Shown one piece after another: positions 19,837 through 29,786 of a stretch of DNA of 64,000 bases; position 1 is the stretch's first letter; every line of letters begins with the position of its first letter. Position numbers and translations under genes: made by a program. The notes under the pieces are model-generated. The model did not search any database. It had not been told where the DNA came from and worked only from the letters and a program-made list of their open reading frames with translations. The stretch lies in contig CAZWTT010000001.1 of assembly GCA_964637315.1 (NCBI GenBank), positions 149,366-213,365 on the forward strand, in the 5' to 3' direction. Origin of the DNA: an uncultured Dehalococcoidia bacterium. GTDB taxonomy: Bacteria > Chloroflexota > Dehalococcoidia > Lucifugimonadales > UBA2962.

Positions 19837-20625
19837 TTGGGTCACGAGCCGTTGACGACCGCTTGGAGACCCGACGAATTGATGGTCGTCGAGGCGGCGC
19901 GCCACATCAGTGACGGCGACGTGGTGCTCGTGGGCACCGGCCTGCCCATGGTGGCGGGGTTGCTGGCCCAGAGAACGCATGCGCCAAACATGTGCTACGT
20001 GGTCGAGACCGGCCCGGTAGCGCCTCGTGTACTGTCGACGCCGACCTCTGTTTCCGACCCGCGAGTCATGCACGGGGCGGTCAGCCACGGCTCGCTGCTC
20101 GACTCGCTGGGCGGGGTGCTCCAGCGCGGCATGGCCGATGTCTCGTTCTTAGGGGGTGCCCAGATCGACCGCCACGCGAACCTCAATTCCACGGTCATTG
20201 GTGATCCCGTAAAGCCGAAAGTGAGGCTGCCGGGCAGTGGCGGCGCCAACGACCTCGCCTCCCACTCGCCCCGCATCCTCATCATCACCCGTCACGAGCG
20301 CCGACGATTCCCCGAGCGCTGCGACTACATCACCAGCCCCGGCTACCTCGACGGTCCCGACGCCAGGAAGAGGGCCGGTCTGTCCGTCCCGTATCCTCGG
20401 ATATCGGTCATCACTGACCTGTGTGTCATGGAGATCGACAGCGCGACCGGGACTCTCGGTGTGGCCCGACTCGCGCCTAGCGTAACCTTCGACGCCGTGC
20501 AAGAAAAGACCGGCTTCGATCTGATCCGGCCGACCGAAATCCCGGAGATCAAGCCACCGTCTGACGAGATCGTAGAACTTCTGCGCCGTGAGGTAGACCC
20601 CGGCGGTATTTACCTCAAGGGGTGA
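19837..20625 (+). CDS. Class I CoA-transferase subunit B
   Basis: VGTGLP, catalytic VVETG, FLGGAQIDRHANLNST, RLPGSGGAND. Confidence 0.9.
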   Translation: MGHEPLTTAWRPDELMVVEAARHISDGDVVLVGTGLPMVAGLLAQRTHAPNMCYVVETGPVAPRVLSTPTSVSDPRVMHGAVSHGSLLDSLGGVLQRGMADVSFLGGAQIDRHANLNSTVIGDPVKPKVRLPGSGGANDLASHSPRILIITRHERRRFPERCDYITSPGYLDGPDARKRAGLSVPYPRISVITDLCVMEIDSATGTLGVARLAPSVTFDAVQEKTGFDLIRPTEIPEIKPPSDEIVELLRREVDPGGIYLKG

Positions 20626-20656
20626 AGCACCCACCAAACGAATTGGAGGTCAGGGA

Positions 20657-21742
20657 TTGCCGGAAGTAAGAAAGCTGTTGCAGGAGCTAACCAACGCCTA
20701 CGGGCCCACCGGGTTCGAGGGGCCGGTACGGAACATCCTGCGACGCGAGCTAATGCCCGTCGCCGACTCAGTAGAGACCGACGGCATCGGCTCCCTTGTT
20801 GCCACGCAGAAAGGTCGATCCGACCGACCACGGGTCATGCTCGCCGCCCACATGGACGAGCTTGGGTTGATGGTCAAATACATCACCGACGATGGCTATG
20901 TTAGATTCCTGCCCCTGGGCAGCTGGCTCGACCAGTCCATCATCAACCAGAGGTGGGTGGTGCTGACCCGGAACGGCCCGGTGGCTGGGTTGACCGGCAT
21001 CAAGTCGATGCACGTCATGTTGGAGGCTGACGATCGTAATAAACTCTTCAAGCGTGACGAGATGTTCTTGGACGTCGGGGCGACTAGCAAAGAGGATGCC
21101 GAAAAACGGTTGGGCGTCAGGCCGGGAGACCCGGTGGCACCGGACAGTCGCTTCGCCGAACTGACTGGTGGTGGTCGCTACATGGCCAAGGCCTTGGACG
21201 ACCGGGTCGGCTGCGCCGCCCTGATCGAGGTAATGAAATCTCTCAAGGCCGAACCAGGCCCGAACACGGTCATTGGAGTCGGCACTGTGCAGGAAGAGGT
21301 GGGTCTCCGGGGCGCCCAGACCTCCAGCCACCAGGTCGAGCCGGATATCGGCATTAGCTTGGAGGTCGGCGTTGCCGGCGACCACCCGGGCATTACGACG
21401 GACGAAGCTCAGGAGCGCCTGGGATCGGGGCCTGGCATCTTCCTGCACGACGCCTCGATGATGCCCAACCCTAGGTTCCGCGACCTGTTCGTCGAGACGG
21501 CCGAGAGCGAGGCCATTCCCTTCCAGTACAATGTGCTCGCCGGTTACGGGGAGGACGGCGCCGAGATGCAAAAGAGCCGTGCCGGGGTGCCTTCCATCAA
21601 CGTCACCGTGCCGACGCGATACCTGCACAGTCATAGCGGCGTGATAGATCGGTCCGATCTTGACGGTCTGGTGGCTTTGGTGGCCGCCGTCGTGCGCCGA
21701 CTGAACGCCGGCACCGTTGAGTTCCTGCGGACCTTCGACTGA
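20657..21742 (+). CDS. M42 family aminopeptidase
   Basis: AAHMDELG, KALDDRVG, VQEEVGLRGA, RYLHS. Confidence 0.95.
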   Translation: MPEVRKLLQELTNAYGPTGFEGPVRNILRRELMPVADSVETDGIGSLVATQKGRSDRPRVMLAAHMDELGLMVKYITDDGYVRFLPLGSWLDQSIINQRWVVLTRNGPVAGLTGIKSMHVMLEADDRNKLFKRDEMFLDVGATSKEDAEKRLGVRPGDPVAPDSRFAELTGGGRYMAKALDDRVGCAALIEVMKSLKAEPGPNTVIGVGTVQEEVGLRGAQTSSHQVEPDIGISLEVGVAGDHPGITTDEAQERLGSGPGIFLHDASMMPNPRFRDLFVETAESEAIPFQYNVLAGYGEDGAEMQKSRAGVPSINVTVPTRYLHSHSGVIDRSDLDGLVALVAAVVRRLNAGTVEFLRTFD

Positions 21743-21809
21743 TCGGGCTCGATCGCTCCCCGGTTTGATGGCGATACGACCGCGATGTTAGGTTGTAGAC
21801 GTACACGGA

Positions 21810-22274
21810 ATGACGATCAAACAGGCACGCAAGCTCGACCCTGAGTCCGCCGGTTCCACCAACGGAGGTGGACGCTCCATGGTCGCCGCCCTGCAAGATC
21901 AGGGGCACCGCGTCACCGGGCCACGCTTGGACGTCATCGATCTGATCAAGGGCAAGAGCGGCGCGTTCTCGGCCGAGACATTGAGCGAAGAGCTACCGGA
22001 AGTCGGCCGGGCGACTGTCTACCGAACCCTGAAGCTTCTATTGGAAGCCGGGGTCGTGTGTAAGCTGCAGATGCTTGCCGGAGGGCCCAAGTACAGCCTC
22101 GCCCGGGTCGAGCACCACCACCACACCGTCTGCCTCGGCTGCGGCCGGGTGCAGGACTTCCGGGATGCCACCATCGAACGGTTGATGAGGGCGATCGGCT
22201 CTGAGGTCGCGGGGGACATCGTTGGTCATCGCATCGAAATCGACGTCCTGTGCGACCGCTGCAAGGGAGGCTGA
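21810..22274 (+). CDS. Fur family transcriptional regulator (Zur/FurB-like)
   Basis: GRATVYRTL, HHHHTVCLGCG, C-terminal CDRC. Confidence 0.92.
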   Translation: MTIKQARKLDPESAGSTNGGGRSMVAALQDQGHRVTGPRLDVIDLIKGKSGAFSAETLSEELPEVGRATVYRTLKLLLEAGVVCKLQMLAGGPKYSLARVEHHHHTVCLGCGRVQDFRDATIERLMRAIGSEVAGDIVGHRIEIDVLCDRCKGG

Positions 22275-22648
22275 CGGTTAAGGCGTCGGATCTCCCAACG
22301 AAATCGTGACCGGTTTGCGCTCCATGGTCCAAGTGCCGTTGTTGGTTGCCGAAAATTCGAGGTCGTGACTACGGCCCACGACTTCGAACTTAGCGGATAC
22401 TTTCGTTGGTAGATTGGTCAACTGTATTTCGATAGGTTAGGCACCACACAGGACTAGAATTGGCAGGACAAACTCGCAATTGCGCCAGTCAACCTTAAAT
22501 TTCATCCACATTGAAGGCAGGGTCTCGCGGGTCGTAAGAATCCCAGTCACCTAGTAGGCCGTCTACGTGCCAAAGATTGTCGTGAGATCTGATCCTCAAT
22601 TGCAGCGTCACCCCCGGTCGGGCCGTCGAATACTAAGACGGTCAATAT

Positions 22649-23263
22649 TCAGGTATAACTCTTCGCCCTACGATAACTCAACTCGTACTCCTCCGGGGTG
22701 TTGAGGTCCAGGCGGACGTTTGGTTCGTCGATCGGCACCCGGTGAACCTCGGAATGGTGGCGTCCAATGACCTCTCGTATCCCCTGGTTCTCCTCGGTTA
22801 TCTCTTTTAGCTCAGGAATCAGGCGGGCGTCTAAAACTATGGGATGGCCTCCCCGGACCCCGTGGATAGGGGAGGTGACGGCTGCGCGGCTCTCGCAGTG
22901 GGCCTGGATCACCCGGCGGATGATCGACGCCGGTCGCGGCTGGTCCACGGCGAGCAGGACGATCGTTTCAGCTTTGGAATCCAATTGACTCAGTCCGGCT
23001 TTGATAGAGGTCGTCTTGCCTGCTGCGTAGTCGGGATTGACTACGTAACGGACTCCAGGACCTTCAACGTGCGGGATGATGTCTTCCGCCCGGTGGCCCA
23101 GCACGACGACGACCTCGTCGACGCCGCCGGCCCGTAGCTGGGAGATTTGGTATTGCACCAGAGTGATGTCCGAGCCGGAGCCGTCCGGCCAGGGCAGCAG
23201 GGGCTTGGGTCGTCCCATACGGACGGACTCTCCGGCCGCGGTGAGAATGGTTGCGACGGTCAG
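22649..23263 (-). CDS. Molybdenum cofactor cytidylyltransferase-like (MocA/NTP_transf_3); probable CTG start
   Basis: ILTAAGESVRMGRPKPLL signature lies upstream of the first ATG (23218); VDQP, GHP, DLNTPEEY. Confidence 0.88.
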   Translation of the reverse strand: MTVATILTAAGESVRMGRPKPLLPWPDGSGSDITLVQYQISQLRAGGVDEVVVVLGHRAEDIIPHVEGPGVRYVVNPDYAAGKTTSIKAGLSQLDSKAETIVLLAVDQPRPASIIRRVIQAHCESRAAVTSPIHGVRGGHPIVLDARLIPELKEITEENQGIREVIGRHHSEVHRVPIDEPNVRLDLNTPEEYELSYRRAKSYT

Positions 23264-23290
23264 ATCAAAGCCGCCCGCAAACGGGGAGTG

Positions 23291-24475
23291 CTAGTCCGAG
23301 GAGGAGGCCGCAACTTCGGGCACCAGTTTGGCGGCCCCGTAGGCAAGATATTTGGCGTACGCTTTGTCCACGAGTCGGTTTTCGAGCTTCATTGCGGCGC
23401 CTGTTCCGCCCAGGCGGAACATGAGCATCTCGGCCATGATACTGACGGCGATCTCGTCCGGGGTGCGGGCGTGGATGTCCAGGCCGATCGGCGCGCGCAA
23501 CTCGCGCAGGCGCTCCAGTGAAACCCCCATCCTCAGCAGGTCCTCGTAGATTAGGATGGTCTTGCGCTTTGAGCCCAGCAGGCCGACGTAGCGCGCCGGT
23601 GTCGCCGCGGCGGCGGCGAGGGCGACGTTGTCGTAGCGGTGCCCTCGCGTGGCGATGATGATGAAGGTGTTCGGGTTCGTCGGCAGCGTGGGAAGCGCGT
23701 CTTCAGGTTTGGCGACGATGGTCTGAACGGTATCGGGGAAGCGCTCGGGGCTGGCGAACTCGGCCCTGTCGTCGGTGACGTAGACTTGGAAGCCCAATTT
23801 CGCGGCTAAAGGAGCGATGGAGTTGGAGATGTGACCGCCGCCTGCGAGAATCAGCCTTGGCGGGGTGGTGTAGGCCTCGATGAAGTATTCGGTACCGTTC
23901 TGGTTCACGACGTATTCGTTACGGCCGTGGGCCATCAGGCCCATCGCCCGCTCGACCGCGTCGCGGTCTAGTTGCTTGGTCCCAAGGGACCCGTTGGTCG
24001 TGCCGTCCTCCCGGATGAAAAGCTTTCGCCCCGTCCCGGCCCCGGACAGCAGCGGTCCGTCCTCCTCGGCGGGGAGCTTGATCAGGGACGCCAGCGCCAC
24101 CGAGCCGTGGCCATCGTAGGCCGCCTCGATCTCTTCGGCGTAGGAAAGCAACTCCTCGGGACGGTATATCGGGTCGATGAGGAAGTACATCGTCCCGCCG
24201 CATATCAGGCCGTCTTCGGCGGCCAGGTCCTCGTTTAGCTCGTACTCGCGGTACTGGGCCGAGCCCCCGCGATCGAGAAGCTCCCTGGCAGCGAACCAGA
24301 TGTCGCCCTCTACACATCCCCCACCGAGAGTGCCTACGCCGGTGCCGTCCTCTCGCACGAGCAACTTGGCCCCCGGCTTTTGCGGAGTCGACCCTTTGGT
24401 GCGCACAACGGTCGCGACCACGGCTTTGTGGCCGTCGGCGAGCTGGGCCCTCGCATCCTGGAACACGTCTTTCAT
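23291..24475 (-). CDS. XdhC/CoxI family Moco maturation factor
   Basis: GSTPQKPGAK, GTLGGGCVE, CGG, GGGH, ATRGH, GSKRK, APIGLDI..TPDEIAVSI. Confidence 0.93.
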   Translation of the reverse strand: MKDVFQDARAQLADGHKAVVATVVRTKGSTPQKPGAKLLVREDGTGVGTLGGGCVEGDIWFAARELLDRGGSAQYREYELNEDLAAEDGLICGGTMYFLIDPIYRPEELLSYAEEIEAAYDGHGSVALASLIKLPAEEDGPLLSGAGTGRKLFIREDGTTNGSLGTKQLDRDAVERAMGLMAHGRNEYVVNQNGTEYFIEAYTTPPRLILAGGGHISNSIAPLAAKLGFQVYVTDDRAEFASPERFPDTVQTIVAKPEDALPTLPTNPNTFIIIATRGHRYDNVALAAAAATPARYVGLLGSKRKTILIYEDLLRMGVSLERLRELRAPIGLDIHARTPDEIAVSIMAEMLMFRLGGTGAAMKLENRLVDKAYAKYLAYGAAKLVPEVAASSSD

Positions 24476-24575
24476 GGCGTTAGGGTATCAACTTATTGGA
24501 TTGCGGGCACTCGACGAGGGGTCCAAACTCACTCTTAGTCGAGGAATAGTGGCCACCGTCAGTGGGCGCGACGGC

Positions 24576-25877
24576 CTACAGATTGAGGCTGACTTCGAGA
24601 CGACGCTGCCCACGACACGGGCCGACTACTGCCATGCTCAGGCCGTCGGCAACGAAGACCTCTCTCGCCACCCTGTCGATGTCTCCCGGCGTGAGGGCGT
24701 CGAGCTTGGCCACGGCATCGTCCAGGTCCAGGATCTCTCCCGTGAGCATTGCCTGGGCGCCGAACCATGAGGAGACGGCTCGAGAGTCCTCCATTCTTAG
24801 CATCAACCGTCCAGAGGTGAGCCGTCGCGCCCGGTCGAACTCCCCCTGCGATATGCCGTCCCTCATGGATGCCACTTCGGCGACTATGGTGTCGACGGCG
24901 TCATAGACTCTGCGGGGCTCCGTGCCGGCGGCGATTTGGAACGCACCGCAGTCCCGGAAATGAGAGACGCCTGAGTGCACGTCGTAGGCTAGGCCGCGCC
25001 GCTCCCGCAGCTCCAGGAACAACCTGGAGCTCATGCCCTCGCCGAGCGCCACGCTGAGTATTCCTAGCGCGTAGCGGTCGGGGTGAAAAAGCGAAACTCC
25101 TGGCAAAGCGATGGATAGGTGGGCCTGCTCGGTACGTCGATAGTCCATCCGTACCTGAGGATGTCGTGACATGCGTTCGAATAGAGTCCACTCCGGGAGT
25201 GGTCCTGCCTCCCAGTCGCCCGTCAGGCGCTCCAGCTCGCTCACGACGGTGTTGTGCTCCACCGCCCCGGCCACGCTGACCACGGTGTTGTTCGGGGCGT
25301 AGTAGCGATTGAGATGGCCGACCAGGACGTCGCGACTCAGTGCGGAGACCGTCTCATTGGTGCCCCCTATATCCCTGCCGAGCGGGTGGTCCGGCCAGAG
25401 CATCTCATCTATCAGCGACTCGACCTTGTAGTCGGGATGGTCGTGGATCATCGCCAGCTCGTCGATGACCACACAGCGCTCCCGCTCGATCTCCTCGGGC
25501 GCCATCAGTGGGTTGCGGACCAGGTCGATGAGCAGGTCGAGGCTATCGAAGAAATAGGGCTCAGGCACCTTGCACCAGTAGACGGTCATCTCCTGCTCCG
25601 TTTCGGCGTTCAGGACGCCGCCAACGCTCTCCACCGGCCCGCTGATCATCTCCGGCTCAGGTCGCCGAGTGGTGCCCTTGAAAAGCAGGTGTTCAAGGAA
25701 GTGGGAGGCGCCGCCGTCCTCGTCCGTCTCGTGCCTGGAGCCCACGCCCACAAAGACGCTGATGCTCACGGACCGGGTATGCGGCATCGCGCCCGTCACC
25801 ACGCGCAGCCCGTTTTCGAGCGTCGTTTTGCAGTGTACCGGACCTGCGGTGGAAGGGCTGACTGAGGAGGTCGCCAT
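24576..25877 (-). CDS. M16 family (pitrilysin-like) zinc peptidase
   Basis: HFLEH motif, GMSSRLF.ELRERRGLAY; ATG 7 nt after TGcTAGAAT. Confidence 0.93.
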   Translation of the reverse strand: MATSSVSPSTAGPVHCKTTLENGLRVVTGAMPHTRSVSISVFVGVGSRHETDEDGGASHFLEHLLFKGTTRRPEPEMISGPVESVGGVLNAETEQEMTVYWCKVPEPYFFDSLDLLIDLVRNPLMAPEEIERERCVVIDELAMIHDHPDYKVESLIDEMLWPDHPLGRDIGGTNETVSALSRDVLVGHLNRYYAPNNTVVSVAGAVEHNTVVSELERLTGDWEAGPLPEWTLFERMSRHPQVRMDYRRTEQAHLSIALPGVSLFHPDRYALGILSVALGEGMSSRLFLELRERRGLAYDVHSGVSHFRDCGAFQIAAGTEPRRVYDAVDTIVAEVASMRDGISQGEFDRARRLTSGRLMLRMEDSRAVSSWFGAQAMLTGEILDLDDAVAKLDALTPGDIDRVAREVFVADGLSMAVVGPCRGQRRLEVSLNL

Positions 25878-26046
25878 TGGGAGAATTCTAGCATCGGGAA
25901 GATGTGCCGCCATTCGTGTACAGTCGTCGCCCGTTTTCGCCAATAGATGGGGGCCAGCCCGGTGGCGTCCGGGGGATGGCTTGGGTATACGATGGAACGT
26001 AAGCCTCGTTGCGGCCTGGCCGCGGCATTGATCGAAGGACACTCCC

Positions 26047-27447
26047 ATTTACGACTACGACATGTTCGTGATCGGTTCCGGGCCGGCCGGTCAGCGTGCC
26101 GCCATCCAGGCCGCCAAGCTCGATAAGCGCGTCGCCCTCGCCGAGCGCAAGACGGTGGTGGGCGGCGTTTGTATCAACACCGGGACCATTCCCAGCAAGT
26201 CGCTTCGTGAGGCCGCCCTCTATCTGTCAGGCACCCGGCTCAAGGGCGTCTACGGGGCCTCGTACACGGTTAAGGATGACATTGGCATAGATGACCTGAC
26301 GTTCCGCACCGATCATGTGGTGAAAAACGAGATCGAGGTGATTCGCGACCAACTCCACAGGAACGGCGTGCAGGTTATAGGCGCCAGCGCACAGTTCGAC
26401 GGCGCACACGAAATCAGCCTCGACCTGGTGGGGGAAAACGCGCGTCGCCGGATTACGGCTGACAAGATCGTCGTCGCCACCGGCAGCGGTTCGTCGATCG
26501 AAGGCAACGTGGACCTGGATGGTCAGGTCGCATTCGTTGCCGAGAACATCCTGCAGTTGGAGCAACTCCCCAAGACCCTCGCAGTGGTCGGGGCGGGGGT
26601 GATCGGGTGCGAGTATGCTAGCATCTTCGCCGCGCTCGGGGTCAAGGTGACCATGATCGACATGCGCCATGCCATGCTCCCCTTCGTCGACCGGGAGATC
26701 GTCGAGTCCCTCACCTACCACCTGCGGCAGAACCGGACGATGCTCAGGATGGGAGAAGAGGTCACCGGAATCAGCCAATACCAGAACGGACGCGGGCCGG
26801 GTGTGAAAATCGAGTTGGCCAGCGGAAAACAGATCGCCGCCGACAAAGTCCTCTACGCGGCCGGTCGCAGCGGCGCCACGGCGTCACTGAACCTGGAGGC
26901 GGCTGGCGTGAGGCCGGACGACAAGGGCAGACTCTCCGTCAACCGCGACTACCAGACCGAGGTGCCTAACATCTATGCGGTAGGGGACGTGATCGGCTTC
27001 CCGTCACTCGCGTCCACCTCGATGGAGCAAGGTAGGCACGCCGCCCTGCACGCCTTCGGCCGGGAGGCCCATCACCTGCCGGAGCTGTTCCCGTTCGCCA
27101 TCTACACCATCCCCGAAATCTCCATGGTTGGGCGAACGGAAGAAGAACTCACGGAAGAGGGTGTTCCATACGAAGTCGGAAAAGCCTACTATCGCGAGAT
27201 CGCCCGGGGCCAGATCATCGGGGACACAACGGGGTTTCTGAAGCTGATCTTCCACCTGAAAACGATGAAGCTTCTGGGAGTCCACATAATCGGCGAGGGC
27301 GCCAGTGAACTAGTTCACATCGGACAGGCGGTCCTTACCTTTGGGGGAACGGTGGACTACTTCCTAGAGACCGTGTTCAACTATCCCACGCTGGCCGAGT
27401 GCTACAAGACGGCCGCGTTGGACGGCGTGAACCGCCGCGCCGGTTAG
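26047..27447 (+). CDS. sthA: Soluble pyridine nucleotide transhydrogenase; probable ATT start (first ATG at 26062)
   Basis: YDYDMFVIGSGPAG, GGVCINTGTIPSK (single Cys), GFPSLASTSMEQG, FNYPTLAE. Confidence 0.92.
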   Translation: MYDYDMFVIGSGPAGQRAAIQAAKLDKRVALAERKTVVGGVCINTGTIPSKSLREAALYLSGTRLKGVYGASYTVKDDIGIDDLTFRTDHVVKNEIEVIRDQLHRNGVQVIGASAQFDGAHEISLDLVGENARRRITADKIVVATGSGSSIEGNVDLDGQVAFVAENILQLEQLPKTLAVVGAGVIGCEYASIFAALGVKVTMIDMRHAMLPFVDREIVESLTYHLRQNRTMLRMGEEVTGISQYQNGRGPGVKIELASGKQIAADKVLYAAGRSGATASLNLEAAGVRPDDKGRLSVNRDYQTEVPNIYAVGDVIGFPSLASTSMEQGRHAALHAFGREAHHLPELFPFAIYTIPEISMVGRTEEELTEEGVPYEVGKAYYREIARGQIIGDTTGFLKLIFHLKTMKLLGVHIIGEGASELVHIGQAVLTFGGTVDYFLETVFNYPTLAECYKTAALDGVNRRAG

Positions 27448-27514
27448 TCGCTTCGGTCAGGCAGCCGCGCCGGACCGTGGAGCTCGGCACACTGCGATAG
27501 GCGAGTGTATTTTG

Positions 27515-28123
27515 ATGCTCAACAAGCTCGGTAGAGTCAATCGAACCAGGTCTCGCGAGGACGGTGTTCCTCCTGGCCAGTTCGTTACTGAAAAGTTCCC
27601 CGTTCTGACGTTTGGCAGCACTCCTCATGTCGACCATGGCGATTGGAGGATGAGTGTCTCTGGATTGGTGGAGTCCGAGACCGAGATGAACTGGGACGAG
27701 TTCACAGGCCTGGGCCGGGCTACCGTGGATGCCGAATTCCACTGCGTGACCCAATGGAGCAGACTGGTAAACAGTTGGGAGGGCGTGCCCATCTGGGCGG
27801 TGCTCGACGCCGTTAAGCCATTACCCAAAGCAAGATACGTAATGGTGCACTGCTATGGCGGATACTCCACCAACGTCTCACTTGACGTGCTCGACGACGA
27901 TGACGTCCTGTTCGCCTACCGCCATGACGGGGAGTCGTTGCCTCGCGAACACGGGGGCCCGCTCAGGCTGGTGGTGCCGAAACGCTACGCTTGGAAGAGT
28001 GCCAAGTGGGTCAACGGCCTAGAGTTCATGGCCGAGGACGCCGCCGGCTTCTGGGAAGTCCGCGGCTACCACATGGAGGGCGACCCGTGGAAAGAGCAGC
28101 GCTTCAGCGACGACTTTCGGTAA
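27515..28123 (+). CDS. Sulfite oxidase-like molybdopterin oxidoreductase (YuiH-like)
   Basis: PPGQ, FHCVTQWS, EHGGPLRL, WKSAKW, GFWE.RGYH. Confidence 0.92.
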   Translation: MLNKLGRVNRTRSREDGVPPGQFVTEKFPVLTFGSTPHVDHGDWRMSVSGLVESETEMNWDEFTGLGRATVDAEFHCVTQWSRLVNSWEGVPIWAVLDAVKPLPKARYVMVHCYGGYSTNVSLDVLDDDDVLFAYRHDGESLPREHGGPLRLVVPKRYAWKSAKWVNGLEFMAEDAAGFWEVRGYHMEGDPWKEQRFSDDFR

Positions 28124-28128
28124 TAGAA

Positions 28129-28156
28129 AGAGGCCCGCTCGACCGAGCGGGCCTCT
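28129..28156. terminator. Hairpin terminator between convergent genes
   Basis: AGAGGCCCGCTC-GACC-GAGCGGGCCTCT, perfect 12-bp stem. Confidence 0.8.
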
Positions 28157-28179
28157 GATTCGACTTCCTGCTCTGTCGG

Positions 28180-28350
28180 CTATGCGGCTGCGGGCTTTTT
28201 GGACCTGTTTCTGGCCCGGGACTGCATCTTGTACGTATCTTTCAGGTACTCCATGTGGCCACACTGCAGGCACTCGGCGTACGCGCCGTACACATCCCTG
28301 TTGGAATGCATGTCACCTTTGCACCTGGAGCAGTTCTTCAGCTTCAACAT
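28180..28350 (-). CDS. 56-aa zinc-ribbon microprotein
   Basis: MLKLKNCSRCKGDMHSNRDVYGAYAECLQCGHMEYLKDTYKMQSRARNRSKKPAAA*; AGAGGA SD; followed by a terminator; absent from the ORF track. Confidence 0.8.
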   Translation of the reverse strand: MLKLKNCSRCKGDMHSNRDVYGAYAECLQCGHMEYLKDTYKMQSRARNRSKKPAAA

Positions 28351-28599
28351 CTCTGGTTCCTCTTTTTTCCATCCGGCCCTGTTGCCGGACCACCATTCTT
28401 TACCGCACCGAACATTTTGTTAAGTGATTTTTAGTGATATTCAGTATTCGATATTCAAATACTGATATCTTCACCGCCGCCGTCCTCTTCGCTCGTACGG
28501 GCCTGTATGAACAGCTACTACGTTCGATGTACGGCCTCGGATTGAGATTCGAATATTTCGGCCGACCTCCCGGGGTCCGGGCCAAATCAAGTGAAGTAA

Positions 28600-28629
28600 A
28601 TTGACACGTTATGTGTCAACTTTTACACT
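28600..28629 (+). promoter_or_regulatory. sigma70 promoter of hspR-grpE-dnaK overlapped by a HAIR-like inverted repeat
   Basis: TTGACA(28601)-N17-TACACT(28624); aTTGACA-N7-TGTCAAc palindrome at 28600-28620. Confidence 0.8.
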
Positions 28630-28775
28630 CATAAGAGTAGATTGGTCGATCCCGGTTGCTCCTAGTCCGACGGAGTAGTACAGGAGTAGTACAACGGATG
28701 GGCATGGTGGAGGTTAGGGCGTCGAGAGGAGACCCCGGTGTACGAGAGTGGCCGAGGAGGAGGCATGGGAGCCTG

Positions 28776-29147
28776 ATGAGAGGGCCAGCCAGCTACCATA
28801 CGACGAGCGACGGTGTTTACATCATCAGCGTCGCCGCGCGCATCCTTGAGATGCACCCCCAAACCCTGCGCAAGTACGAGCGGATCGGCTTGGTCTCTCC
28901 GTTCAGGACCGGCGGAATGCTTCGTCGCCTCTATTCGGAAGAGGATATCGCCCGTCTCAGGCTCATCAAGCATCTGGTGGGAGACCTGGGTTTGAACCTT
29001 GCGGGCGTTGAGTTGGTGCTCGGGTTGTTCAACCGACTGCTCAGGTTGCGGGCCGGTTCGGAGTCTCTGCATGGAGAGCGGCTAAAACAGGTGGTTGACC
29101 AGAGCCTAAATGAATTGTTCGAGATGCTTGGAGTGGGAGCAAGGTAA
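28776..29147 (+). CDS. hspR: MerR-family heat-shock repressor
   Basis: VYIISVAARILEMHPQTLRKYER.GLV.P.RT, LGLNLAGVE; upstream of grpE-dnaK; start uncertain. Confidence 0.85.
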   Translation: MRGPASYHTTSDGVYIISVAARILEMHPQTLRKYERIGLVSPFRTGGMLRRLYSEEDIARLRLIKHLVGDLGLNLAGVELVLGLFNRLLRLRAGSESLHGERLKQVVDQSLNELFEMLGVGAR

Positions 29148-29195
29148 CGTCCAGAACCCCTTTTGCGAAAGAAGCGGTGGGCGGAGCGCCGAGAA

Positions 29196-29744
29196 ATGAG
29201 CGAAGAGGAAATACAGCAGACGGGTGACGCGGACGAGGCGAGCGGGAACGCCGCCGAATCGGAAACCGAATCAATAGACGATGATCTCCAGGCCGTGCTG
29301 GAGGAAGCCCTGCGGGAGAAAGATCAGTTCCGAGCGCTCGCCCAGAGGGTGCAGGCAGACCTTGAAAATCACAAACGGCGGGCGATCGAAGAGCGAGAGG
29401 AGCTACGCAGATTCGGCCAATCCCAGGTCATGTTGAAAGTGTTGGGTGTGTTGGACGATTTCCGGCGAGCCATGGAGATGGTCCCCGAAGGGGCCGTCGC
29501 TCCCGGGTGGCGAGAGGGCCTTGAGCTTGTGCAACGGGGTATCGACCACCTGCTGGAGACCGAGGGAGTGAACGCCATTGAGGCCGAGGGTGAGCCCTTC
29601 GAACCGTCCGAGCACGAGGCGGTCATGTTCCAGGAAACAACTGAACTGGAGGCCGGCCGCGTTTTGTCGGTTATCCGAACCGGATATAAACAAAACGGAC
29701 GGATCATACGCGCCGCCCAGGTGATGGTGTCGAAAGCACCATAG
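29196..29744 (+). CDS. grpE: Nucleotide exchange factor GrpE
   Basis: RVQADLEN.KRR, FEPSEHEAV, GYKQNGRIIRAAQV.V. Confidence 0.93.
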   Translation: MSEEEIQQTGDADEASGNAAESETESIDDDLQAVLEEALREKDQFRALAQRVQADLENHKRRAIEEREELRRFGQSQVMLKVLGVLDDFRRAMEMVPEGAVAPGWREGLELVQRGIDHLLETEGVNAIEAEGEPFEPSEHEAVMFQETTELEAGRVLSVIRTGYKQNGRIIRAAQVMVSKAP

Positions 29745-29786
29745 CCGGGCCAATTTAAACAAACTCAACTACGGAGCCAATTACGT

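Noticed and set aside
6357-23293. TAG recoding (pyrrolysine or read-through), suggested by two in-frame TAG junctions (membrane gene-dinG, xdhC-mocA)
   Set aside because: TAG is the ordinary stop of many genes here (SDR1-4, uppP, grpE), no pyl genes are seen, and CTG/ATA initiation explains both cases more simply
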